From UHGV virus genome UHGV-1353888: DNA of 64,000 nt, one strand, 5' to 3'. Positions within the stretch are counted from its first letter, which is position 1. Each line of letters begins with the position of its first letter. Under the pieces are notes generated by a model that worked only from the letters and a program-made list of their open reading frames with translations, was not told the DNA's origin and made no database searches. Positions 19,531 through 28,585 of the stretch are shown here, one piece after another. Source of the stretch: a virus. Made by a program: the position numbers and the translations under genes.

Positions 19531-19761
19531 ATGAATACTAAAGACCCAACGCGGGAGAAACGGTTCGTACATATCTTGGATGAATTCGTTGAAGTAGACC
19601 CCTACATTACTATCCGTTTAAACGTAGGTCCTCATAAAGGAGAACTAAGATATGTCCCTAATCCAGATTATTTCCATGCTGAATATATCCAGGAGGGTAG
19701 GGAATACAAGAAGAGAAAGAAATACTTACCTAGACAAACCTCTAACCCAAAAACGCTATAA
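19531..19761 (+). CDS. Small basic protein, copy 1
   Basis: 76 aa: MNTKDPTREKRFVHILDEF...KKRKKYLPRQTSNPKTL. Lies in duplication unit 1. Confidence 0.45.
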   Translation: MNTKDPTREKRFVHILDEFVEVDPYITIRLNVGPHKGELRYVPNPDYFHAEYIQEGREYKKRKKYLPRQTSNPKTL

Positions 19762-19782
19762 CCTCTTAGAACTTATTAGAAC

Positions 19783-20041
19783 CATGGAAAAAGAAAACAA
19801 AAGGAAAACTATGAATACTAAAGACCCAACGCGGGAGAAACGGTTCGTACATATCTTGGATGAATTCGTTGAAGTAGACCCCTACATTACTATCCGTTTA
19901 AACGTAGGTCCTCATAAAGGAGAACTAAGATATGTCCCTAATCCAGATTATTTCCATGCTGAATATATCCAGGAGGGTAGGGAATACAAGAAGAGAAAGA
20001 AATACTTACCTAGACAAACCTCTAACCCAAAAACGCTATAA
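19783..20041 (+). CDS. Duplicate copy 2 of the small basic protein, fused to the first 6 codons (MEKENK) of the downstream gene
   Basis: The ATG at 19783 is in frame with copy 2: MEKENK-RKT-MNTKDP...PKTL. Confidence 0.35.
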
Positions 20042-20062
20042 CCTCTTAGAACTTATTAGAAC

Positions 20063-20519
20063 CATGGAAAAAGAAAACAAACAATATGTCGAAGCCATCA
20101 CGAAAGAAATCCGTTATCCCTACGGTCCCGGTATCCAGAAACTCGACGACGGGTCGTTCAAAATCACTGTATGTCGTTCTGAATGTAGGGCTGTTGCTAA
20201 GGCTGATAACCTTGAAGTGGCTAAGGCCATCCAAGACAAACTGAAAACTGATTCAGGATATTTCCTTTCTTGCGTATCTAGTATTCTCCACAAGGAGGTT
20301 ACGAAGATTCGGAACCAGGATATTGAATCCAAGTCAGCCTCCATTATACGATTGGTCAATGAGATTATGGGACTTGTGGAAGAAGGGAGGATGCTATTTC
20401 AACAAGCTGTGTCCCAAGGCATTGAGGGAGACGTTCTCACCCGAGCCTATTCGGGGCTTGCTGAGTTATATCCCGGGAATCCGGAAGTACCCCTTCTCCA
20501 TCTAATCTCTGAGGATTAA
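20063..20519 (+). CDS. Hypothetical protein
   Basis: MEKENKQYVEAITKE...; its first 18 nt are included in the duplicated unit. Confidence 0.45.
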
Positions 20520-20556
20520 TCTTGTCATACCGTACTAAACGTACTACACTTTCGAT

Positions 20557-21033
20557 ATGGACTGGAACAACCTATATTATGATGCAGGACGGAACTCGTG
20601 GATTACCCAGCAACAAGCTAGCTGGCCTTCCGTCTCCGTCCCTCCTCCGGCTGTAGTAGCCGATGCAAGCCTAATCCTTTCTTCCCCGGACGTTACTCAA
20701 GCTTTAACCATCACTGTTAAGAATGTTCCTACAGGTGGGAGTGTGTCAACCCATGCTGTCTTCGATATAGCCATGGTGAGTAAAAATGGAGAGGTAGTTT
20801 ATAATAGTCAGAAACCCTTTAAAGTAGATATGAGCGGAAATACTTATACTGTTTCAGGAGCTTTCTCACTTATTGATTCTTACCCCACTATCATCTCCAT
20901 TCTTGAAGATTACCCCTACATTGATGTAGACATGACCTTAAAGGATACCACCAACTTTAAATTCATAACCTCCCCTGTTCGTGTACGAATCTACAATGAA
21001 CTCTCTAATGTAAAGAAGCCCTATGGAAACTAA
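20557..21033 (+). CDS. Hypothetical protein
   Basis: 158-aa ORF. Confidence 0.4.
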   Translation: MDWNNLYYDAGRNSWITQQQASWPSVSVPPPAVVADASLILSSPDVTQALTITVKNVPTGGSVSTHAVFDIAMVSKNGEVVYNSQKPFKVDMSGNTYTVSGAFSLIDSYPTIISILEDYPYIDVDMTLKDTTNFKFITSPVRVRIYNELSNVKKPYGN

Positions 21034-21451
21034 TATGGAAACAGATTTATTTGATACCTATTTCTCTGGAAAGACCCTCAATCTTCGTGCCCTATATGAA
21101 GTGAGGAATGCTATTCGGCTTTCCCATTATGGAACCAAATCGGGATTCCATCACCTCAAGTACGACAAGGTAACGAAGATTGTTGATGATTACCTGGACA
21201 AGTATGTTGAGGCCACCATCGGTCTCGATGGGACCACTGCGAACTTGGTGTACGAAGACCTGGATACAAACCCATTTGGTACGATAAGTCCGAATAGTAC
21301 GGAAAGAGCTAAGGAACAATTCGAAAACGCAATCACCTTCTTCAAGAAAACTCTGGAAGAACACAGTTCCCACCGTGTCCAGCGAACTATCATTGAGAGC
21401 TTTGAAGAGGATATGGAACCATACATTGGTGTAACTGACCAGTATGTCTAA
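21023..21451 (+). CDS. Hypothetical protein
   Basis: 142-aa ORF overlapping its neighbours. Confidence 0.4.
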   Translation: METNMETDLFDTYFSGKTLNLRALYEVRNAIRLSHYGTKSGFHHLKYDKVTKIVDDYLDKYVEATIGLDGTTANLVYEDLDTNPFGTISPNSTERAKEQFENAITFFKKTLEEHSSHRVQRTIIESFEEDMEPYIGVTDQYV

Positions 21452-21947
21452 TATTGTCTATCCCCCTGCTAATGGAATTGGCATCTGCTCCAATACCCCT
21501 TCTCTAACTAAAAGCATCTTGAGGCATCCTGTTCCCCAGCTAACCAAGAAAGCCAACAAGGAAGAGGATGCTTGGTTCTACATGTGGTACTACCGGGAAG
21601 GTCTTTACCTTCCTTTCGGCATTGCTCTTGAATCCATGAGGATTGGGATGGCCGCAAGGTTTGGTGGCATGGAACCAGGGTGGCTTGTCGTAACCACTGA
21701 AAAAGACGAAGATGAAGACGAGCCGGAAGCATGGGAAGGAAAGGAAGCTACGGGAGGAAAGGGAGACGACTGGTGTTTCCGCTATATGATTCCCTGTGAG
21801 AATCCCCCTGCGGATACTCCAAGCTTCATAATCCAGGGCTTGAGGTATATCATCGAAGAGGAATCTGAATTTTTCCCCGACTACAAACACCTCATGGATT
21901 TAAAATGGGAGATTGCTGAATGCACTCCCTACAACCAAACACAATAA
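21444..21947 (+). CDS. Hypothetical protein with an acidic segment
   Basis: 167 aa; contains EKDEDEDEPEAWEGKEATGGKGDD. Confidence 0.4.
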   Translation: MSNIVYPPANGIGICSNTPSLTKSILRHPVPQLTKKANKEEDAWFYMWYYREGLYLPFGIALESMRIGMAARFGGMEPGWLVVTTEKDEDEDEPEAWEGKEATGGKGDDWCFRYMIPCENPPADTPSFIIQGLRYIIEEESEFFPDYKHLMDLKWEIAECTPYNQTQ

Positions 21948-22751
21948 ATGACCTTATCTGAACTAACAAAGCTTATTCAAAAGCACGTAGGCGTAACTGC
22001 TGATGGCATTTACGGGAAGAACACCGCCTCCGCTGTTATCCAGTCCCTTGGGATTGAGCAGGAGGAGCCCAAGGAAGAAGCTAAGGAATACCCTTCTGCG
22101 TATAGTCTTGAGCCAAAAGACATGAAGGATGATTGGGAACTACTGACCCAGTGCATGATTCTCAATATCGTCAATTTGGAAGACCCCAAGTGCGTCAACC
22201 CGGAGACCATCCGAGTGACCAAGCTCCCTGCGGCGGACCGCGGTGGAGATTGGGAAGTAGCTGGATTGAGCGATGGGTTTGAGCCGGGTATCGTAAACAA
22301 CATCAGAAATCTTATCAACAAGGGAAACAAGATACAGGCATGGCATGAAATGATTCGGGCCATTGATGGCAAGTCCCTATCCCCCAAAGTGGCTGATGTT
22401 ATGAGGGCCCTGGATATTCCTGCTATCGAATACCGTTGCCGTTCCTTTGGATTTAATGCTGGATTGAGTGCGGCTATTAAGTGCCTACAGCGAGCCCTTG
22501 TATTTGTTTCAGGAATATCCATGGTGATTGATGGGAAGTGGGGACCGGACACACGTCAGTTCCTTGTCTCGTACACCACCCTGGATTCCGAGAAGAAAAG
22601 ACTCCTTGCACAATACAATCTTGAAATCCAGAAATATTATAAGTCTCTCAAGCAATACAAGGATGGGACCTTCGCTAAGGGTTGGACCCGGAGGTGGACA
22701 GAAGACGAGAGAGTTGCTAATAAATTTCTTGACTTAGGGCCTATTAAATAA
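21948..22751 (+). CDS. Protein with peptidoglycan-binding-like repeats (putative lysin or tail-associated lysin)
   Basis: The N-terminal VGVTADGIYGKNTASAVIQSLGI matches the PG_binding_1 pattern (DGxxGxxTxxAV). A second related segment, DGKWGPDTRQFLVSY, lies near the C-terminus. Confidence 0.45.
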   Translation: MTLSELTKLIQKHVGVTADGIYGKNTASAVIQSLGIEQEEPKEEAKEYPSAYSLEPKDMKDDWELLTQCMILNIVNLEDPKCVNPETIRVTKLPAADRGGDWEVAGLSDGFEPGIVNNIRNLINKGNKIQAWHEMIRAIDGKSLSPKVADVMRALDIPAIEYRCRSFGFNAGLSAAIKCLQRALVFVSGISMVIDGKWGPDTRQFLVSYTTLDSEKKRLLAQYNLEIQKYYKSLKQYKDGTFAKGWTRRWTEDERVANKFLDLGPIK

Positions 22752-22794
22752 TATATTGAGGGTAGCCAATTTCCCCTCCTTTCTCTAAAACTAT

Positions 22795-22834
22795 GAGGGC
22801 GTACTCTAAACACTGGGTACGCCCTCATTTTGTT
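22795..22834 (+). terminator. Rho-independent terminator
   Basis: GAGGGCGTAC tctaaacactgg GTACGCCCTC followed by ATTTTGTTT. Confidence 0.55.
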
Positions 22835-22848
22835 TACTCTTCTATGTT

Positions 22849-23145
22849 ATGTGTCAGTTCAATCTATACACCCTAGCTCAGGCTAGTCCACAGGGTCTTT
22901 CCCTGTATGACAAAATACTTTCCGAGGCCACCCCGTTCGCGGCGGTTGTCCTCGTCGCTGTCGTATTAGGTATCCGATTAGCATACAAGTATTTGTCTCA
23001 GCGTATGCAACAGACACTAAAGAAGGATGAACAGTTTATTGAATTGACAAAAGAATCTCTCAATGCTATACACGAAGTAGGGGAGGGCCTCAACAACCTT
23101 AATCGGAAACTGGATTACCTGCTCCGTTCCAAGCGTGAAAATTAA
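22849..23145 (+). CDS. Small single-transmembrane protein with a coiled-coil tail (holin or spanin-like candidate)
   Basis: Hydrophobic segment ATPFAAVVLVAVVLGIRLAYKY followed by a charged helical tail. It directly follows the PG-binding protein. Confidence 0.4.
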   Translation: MCQFNLYTLAQASPQGLSLYDKILSEATPFAAVVLVAVVLGIRLAYKYLSQRMQQTLKKDEQFIELTKESLNAIHEVGEGLNNLNRKLDYLLRSKREN

Positions 23146-23156
23146 CTCGACTCATT

Positions 23157-23645
23157 ATGAAATCACTAATCTCCAAGGTTTTAAAACGCGAAAACGCTTT
23201 AACAGAAGCGGCTAGTAGCCTCGTTAGAAAATACAGAGAGGAGACCCATCAGATTCGGAATCGAGCAAGAACTTTTTGTGTCATCCCTTTTTGGAACATG
23301 CACAATCACATGGATATGCTAACCGAATTACCCCAAGGGGAATGGGTTACTGACAACTATGACATTTCCATGTTCTATGTTGGAAGAGATAATCAGTCCA
23401 CCAAGATTTTAATTAGGGCGGATGGAGACCTCCCACCTGTGTATACCGACAAACACACCCGAACTATATGGGTGGTCGAAGGGATTCTTATCGACACCGA
23501 GACAAAAAAGAAATACTGTCACAAAGATGTGTTGACCATTGGCAAGGGAGATGCTAAAAGATTAACCCTACACGGAACCATTGCTGTAATTTTTGTACCA
23601 CCTGTAGAAACCAAGACACGAGAAACAAATGGCCATACCATTTAA
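23157..23645 (+). CDS. Hypothetical protein
   Basis: 162-aa ORF. Confidence 0.4.
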   Translation: MKSLISKVLKRENALTEAASSLVRKYREETHQIRNRARTFCVIPFWNMHNHMDMLTELPQGEWVTDNYDISMFYVGRDNQSTKILIRADGDLPPVYTDKHTRTIWVVEGILIDTETKKKYCHKDVLTIGKGDAKRLTLHGTIAVIFVPPVETKTRETNGHTI

Positions 23646-26478
23646 CACCCCTGCTGTGAGACCCGGAGTTCCGTCTATTCCCATTAGCGCAACTGACCGG
23701 ACTGCCCAGCCTTTCCAACACGAGACATCCCTTGGACTAGAACCAATTCTGTCTTTCCCTTATCCTATTCTCAAGAACTTAATGTTCTATGTGGACGAGA
23801 TGGTCGAACCTAACTCTCTCCCCAAGAAGGAGATTGGAAGTCGATTTGTTCCCAAATCCGGTATTGGCGCAGGTCTTACCGATGGTATGAGGGCCGCTAT
23901 TCTGACACATATTGAACCCGTAAAGACTTCCGACACGAAGATGATTTACAGGTTCTTCTATGTTGTTCCCCCTTCTGAACAGCACCTCTATAACATCCTG
24001 AGCATTAAGAAGGACAAGGATGGATTTACATTGAACTCCACAGCGAGTACGGGCAAGTTCTTTGATGGGACCCAGGACGAGAACGAGCTCAAGACTTTCT
24101 ATGAAATCCAGCGCACCTTTGTGTATCTCCGGAACGAAGTTCCCCCTGCTCCGGTAATTGGTAGTTTCGACCCGAGCAATGAAAGCACGGACCCCTCTGT
24201 TGCTGACTTTAGCCAGGACCATGCGTATCAATACTATGATGCCCAATTAGTCCATGAAGAACAGGTTCAGTTTGAAGAAGAATATCTGAACAAAGTTTTT
24301 GTACGTGTTGTTCGGATTTACAAAACCCTCCCCGGTCCCGTCGTAAAGGAACTCATTCCTATCTCGAACTGGACTTTGGGACAGACGGTATTTGAACAAG
24401 GCGGACCTGGAACTACTGGGGAATGGAAGGCTCAGAATGCCCAGCGTTGGAGCCGTGAAGTGTGGGCTTACCCCGAAGATAGCACCGCCCCTCGGACTGC
24501 TTTCATTCCTCACATGCCTCCAGAAAGTCTGACTGCAAACCCCTCCAATGATGGGTGGGATAAGGGCTCTTTCCCTGCTACGCAGATGTACACCTTGACG
24601 GGAATGATAAAGCAGTACAGTAATCTGGTTCTGAGTTCCGCTTCGGAAAATGAATCCGGAGACTGTTGCAATCCTCCTTCCCAGTTCATTCGTTGCACTA
24701 ATACCTCCAAGTCCTCTTCCCAAACGATTGACTGGACGGCTAATGGAGACCTGCCCCCCGTGAATCCTCCCGGAAGTCAGTGTAGTAAATGGTCCACCTC
24801 TTCCGAGGTTATGGTTCGTGAATCCCATAGCAACAAGGAGACTGCTACTACGTGCGTGACCTATGATACGGTTGGGCAACTGTGGGAGAGCCAAGTAGAC
24901 CAGCTTACCGGAAACGTGTTCCCGGTCCCACGGACCCTTGTTCCCAATCCCACTACGGATTTCTATGCCAACTACGAACAGGAGGGATACACCAAGGAGG
25001 TGGATGCTATAGGGAATACGTACTACGTGCGTAGGCCCAAAATGAGTATTGTCCAGTCTCCCTATACTGTTCCGGATGATGTGTGGTCCAGCATCCCTTT
25101 CTCGGTAAATGATTTTACTGTTGAGCAGGATGGTGCATCCAGACCCGATTGGGCTATCCTTGGGAGCACTTCGATTCTTCAATCTCCGGACCCGCATGCG
25201 GGATATATGGGGGTGGACGTGTCCTATACTACTTCTCTTCCTTCTCAGGATACAAGATATTTTGTAGCCACCCTCAAGTACAATAACACGCGCCTGTGGG
25301 GAATGAGTTTTGCGAATGCCTATCCTGACTCTGCTCATGCTCCTGGAACTATTAATCTTACGTGGCAGTACACTGCACCGAACCCTACTGGTCCGTGGTT
25401 TTCTCAAGATGGAAACTATAAGCTGGTTGGGGAAATGTCCGCTATTACTACGCTGTGGGCGGAGGGTGCATCCTCAGGATGGAAGTTCCCAGTGGGTGTT
25501 GTGGAAAACATATACCAGAAGGTCCCCACTAGGTCTGAGGTGAATTTTACAACAAGCAATGCCCCCACAAATGTAAAGGTATTTCTTGATGTAAATACTC
25601 AAAATTTGAACTTCACCGTATGGCTCTCAGACCCAACTGGATGTTCTACGACTGGTGGAACTTTTGAGTTACGTGTTAATGGTCAAGTAATTAAGACCAT
25701 CTCTATCGTACTTAAAAAAACTTCTGGTGTTGTTCCTACCATGAGAATAACCCAGGGGAGTTATCAGGAGTACACTGTAGGTTCATACGTTGTCAAGGGA
25801 ACTCTTCCTGATTCTATTGAGTTGGAATATGATAACGAAGTGTATAGATACATTCAGCTTTCCAGTATTCTACTTCCTCTCAAAGATAACGTGTTCAAGG
25901 TAGAGCAGACGGCGGACGTACCCACTCTGGTAGTCCGTCAGTATGTAAATCCTTGCTTTGCTGTGGACTCCTACATGCAGATTCCCGGAGAGGGGTACTA
26001 CAGGAAGTACACTTCCGTCGAGAACTTTTCCTTCCCAGGAGTATTGGGGGGATTCCAGATTTACCCCTGGAATACTCGCCCTGCTCTTAACGGACAACAG
26101 GGAGGGAAGTATTTCGTAAATTCAGCCATGTCCAAGAATGGATATAGTGGGCCCTGCACAGCTATCATCGAAGAGTTGTTTAGCCCCAATGGGGTTCTTC
26201 CGGCATCCTGGAGTACAGGGGTTGATGTCCAGTATATCACCAACAGCGGGAGTTTTCAATCTCCCCTTGTAACTTGTAACTTCCCCTCGTGTCTGCACCC
26301 CTCCATTACGGTTCAGGTAAGCGTTGGCAATAATGATGCTACATGGCTTCCTGGTGTAACCTCTTACACATGGCCGAGAACTAATCACACTACCTGGAAA
26401 CCAGTGACCATGGTTTATGTTCAACCTAGAGGCGTTGGCATTATCGCCCGTCGAGTAACTATTCAACCCCCCGCTTAA
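23629..26478 (+). CDS. Large structural protein (tail fiber or receptor-binding candidate)
   Basis: 949 aa, rich in Ser/Thr/Asn/Gly/Trp/Tyr beta segments, located in the structural block. Confidence 0.4.
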   Translation: MAIPFNTPAVRPGVPSIPISATDRTAQPFQHETSLGLEPILSFPYPILKNLMFYVDEMVEPNSLPKKEIGSRFVPKSGIGAGLTDGMRAAILTHIEPVKTSDTKMIYRFFYVVPPSEQHLYNILSIKKDKDGFTLNSTASTGKFFDGTQDENELKTFYEIQRTFVYLRNEVPPAPVIGSFDPSNESTDPSVADFSQDHAYQYYDAQLVHEEQVQFEEEYLNKVFVRVVRIYKTLPGPVVKELIPISNWTLGQTVFEQGGPGTTGEWKAQNAQRWSREVWAYPEDSTAPRTAFIPHMPPESLTANPSNDGWDKGSFPATQMYTLTGMIKQYSNLVLSSASENESGDCCNPPSQFIRCTNTSKSSSQTIDWTANGDLPPVNPPGSQCSKWSTSSEVMVRESHSNKETATTCVTYDTVGQLWESQVDQLTGNVFPVPRTLVPNPTTDFYANYEQEGYTKEVDAIGNTYYVRRPKMSIVQSPYTVPDDVWSSIPFSVNDFTVEQDGASRPDWAILGSTSILQSPDPHAGYMGVDVSYTTSLPSQDTRYFVATLKYNNTRLWGMSFANAYPDSAHAPGTINLTWQYTAPNPTGPWFSQDGNYKLVGEMSAITTLWAEGASSGWKFPVGVVENIYQKVPTRSEVNFTTSNAPTNVKVFLDVNTQNLNFTVWLSDPTGCSTTGGTFELRVNGQVIKTISIVLKKTSGVVPTMRITQGSYQEYTVGSYVVKGTLPDSIELEYDNEVYRYIQLSSILLPLKDNVFKVEQTADVPTLVVRQYVNPCFAVDSYMQIPGEGYYRKYTSVENFSFPGVLGGFQIYPWNTRPALNGQQGGKYFVNSAMSKNGYSGPCTAIIEELFSPNGVLPASWSTGVDVQYITNSGSFQSPLVTCNFPSCLHPSITVQVSVGNNDATWLPGVTSYTWPRTNHTTWKPVTMVYVQPRGVGIIARRVTIQPPA

Positions 26479-27216
26479 ATGGCAATCGCATCCTACATTA
26501 ACCTCAAGTATGGGAACCTCCGTGACGAGCTAATGAAGCTCGTCATGGGGGACATCCCCACTGGTGCGGAATATGTTTTCCGCAGAATGTTGAAAGAGGC
26601 TCAGAACCTTCTTATCAACGAAGCAACCGTAGCCCCTGACTCAATCTCTCAAAGAACAGTAACTGTAGAGAAGTCAGGAGAGACATTCTCTCTATCAAAT
26701 GGTGAACAATCTGTAGTCCAAGCAAGGACAGGTTCCGGGAGAACCTACACCATCGTGGACGTGTTCTCTTATACTTCTGTAACAAGCCGAAGCTCAGTAG
26801 GTTATCCCATACCATTACTTGTGGACCTGGGGTCTAATGAAAATGGTCTTCGTTCCTACAGGGTATTGAACGGGGAACACGCTCGGCAAGTACCGGGAGG
26901 GCCCGGAGTGGCATCGGAAAACATAACCCTCTATTTACAAATTGCACAGGCTCCTCTCTCCGGAAATATTTTTGATGACAATTATTGGACGAACGACCTT
27001 GTTGTTATCCCGAATTGCTATCCTGCTTTTAAATCTATGCTTCTGTATGTTAGGTTCATGGAGCTTGGAAATACCGCTCAAGCATTGGATTATTACAACA
27101 TGGCAGTCAAAACGCTGAATGACCATCTCCGGAAGAACCGACAGGGAACTCTGATTACTCCCAAGATTGTAAATAACTTGGGGCCTGGGCAAGCAAACCC
27201 CTTTATTCCTATGTAA
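26479..27216 (+). CDS. Hypothetical structural protein
   Basis: 245 aa; the ATG directly abuts the upstream stop. Confidence 0.4.
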   Translation: MAIASYINLKYGNLRDELMKLVMGDIPTGAEYVFRRMLKEAQNLLINEATVAPDSISQRTVTVEKSGETFSLSNGEQSVVQARTGSGRTYTIVDVFSYTSVTSRSSVGYPIPLLVDLGSNENGLRSYRVLNGEHARQVPGGPGVASENITLYLQIAQAPLSGNIFDDNYWTNDLVVIPNCYPAFKSMLLYVRFMELGNTAQALDYYNMAVKTLNDHLRKNRQGTLITPKIVNNLGPGQANPFIPM

Positions 27217-27224
27217 TATAAGAC

Positions 27225-28553
27225 ATGGCTACTGAAAACATTACAAAGAAAGAAGACCCCGCCGCCGCGGCAAACGTGGCTACAGGAAAAAGAAATCGTG
27301 AGGCTGTGTTGAAGGACATCGCACCCGCTACCAATCCTAATGTCCCCATCCGACCCACGACAAACAATGACCCAGGAAAACCCCTGTCTCCGGAACAGCA
27401 AGCTCCTATCGCTCAATCTAATTCTAACATGGGGATTCGTCAAGGTCTATCCCCTGCTCCTACTGTTCCTACTCGGCCAGCGGGTTCCCCCAGCAGAGAA
27501 CCTCTCAACCAAGCAAGCCAAGGAATAACTCCTGCTCCTGGGACAGCACCAGAAGATGAAGGAGACAGGGACGTAATCATGACTATGGATAGAGCCACCC
27601 TGAATGAGTACCGAAGAAACACCAAACTCACCGAAGCTCAGAAAGCTATTGCCGATGAAGCCGCCTTCAAGTTCATGGAAGGGTCTCACCCCCTCCAAAG
27701 CCAGCAGGATAAAGAACTTCTTTCCAGTGCTGTCAATCCTAATACTCCTGAATACGCGAGGCAACAGCAACTTACATACCAGCAGGGTATTCAAAGGGCG
27801 GCCAGGGAGGGGTTGAGGCCAGGAGAAGTGGAAGCTCTTACCGGGTTTGACCAAGTAGTAACTCGCCAGAAGCCTTCCCCTCTCCCCACCATTCCTGGAA
27901 CTTCTCCTATTACAGATACGATTCCGCCCCCGAGTACGGGACTTCCCAGCGACGAAGTGTTGCTAAGTGACCTAAGCGAACTAGTCAAAAAACAGGGGAA
28001 GGATATTGCTACCCTCAGCGAAGGGGCAAGGAATGAGCTGTTTGCACAATACAAAGCTATGAGGAATCGTCAGGCTCAGGCCGTTGAGAGGGGGAGGGGC
28101 ACTACGCCCGCTACGCCCGCTACGCCCGCTACGCAACCTGTCGTACCTACCGTTCCCCAGGTTCCTACGAGAGGTAGGACGGGCCCGGTTCAGAGAGACT
28201 ATGACTACTTCCAAAAAGTATTCAACGATAGCGATGCTAGTGCAGAGGACCAGGAGATGGCAAAGGGCTACCTGCTGGTGGACCAGATTAAAAATAACCC
28301 CAATCTCTCTGCTCGGTATGGCCGAATGTTGGAAAGGGACATCAGAACTTTTGAAAGGTCGCTTCGTTCCCAAGCAAGAACCGAGAAGGCGCAAGCCCCC
28401 CATATCCGTAAGGCCCGAGGTCTTGCAGGAACTCAAGCTGAGAGCATGAGGAATTTGAAGAAAACAAATCCGAAAGCTTATCAACTTGCGGTATGGAGAG
28501 AAGTTCTGAAACAACCTCAGTATCAAGGGCTAACTCTACAGCTTGGTTTTTAG
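27225..28553 (+). CDS. Pro/Thr/Gln-rich protein with a TPATPATPAT repeat
   Basis: 442 aa. Low-complexity N-terminal half. The 9-bp tandem repeat gctacgccc x3 at about 28100-28130 encodes TPATPATPAT. Confidence 0.4.
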   Translation: MATENITKKEDPAAAANVATGKRNREAVLKDIAPATNPNVPIRPTTNNDPGKPLSPEQQAPIAQSNSNMGIRQGLSPAPTVPTRPAGSPSREPLNQASQGITPAPGTAPEDEGDRDVIMTMDRATLNEYRRNTKLTEAQKAIADEAAFKFMEGSHPLQSQQDKELLSSAVNPNTPEYARQQQLTYQQGIQRAAREGLRPGEVEALTGFDQVVTRQKPSPLPTIPGTSPITDTIPPPSTGLPSDEVLLSDLSELVKKQGKDIATLSEGARNELFAQYKAMRNRQAQAVERGRGTTPATPATPATQPVVPTVPQVPTRGRTGPVQRDYDYFQKVFNDSDASAEDQEMAKGYLLVDQIKNNPNLSARYGRMLERDIRTFERSLRSQARTEKAQAPHIRKARGLAGTQAESMRNLKKTNPKAYQLAVWREVLKQPQYQGLTLQLGF

Positions 28554-28585
28554 GACATATTTTCTTCTTGCAATAGTAAATATTC

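Larger units (their letters stand above)
19521..20080 (+). repeat. Perfect tandem direct duplication, 2 x 280 bp
   Basis: 19521-19800 is identical base-for-base to 19801-20080. The junctions share the micro-homology AAACAA. Confidence 0.9.
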
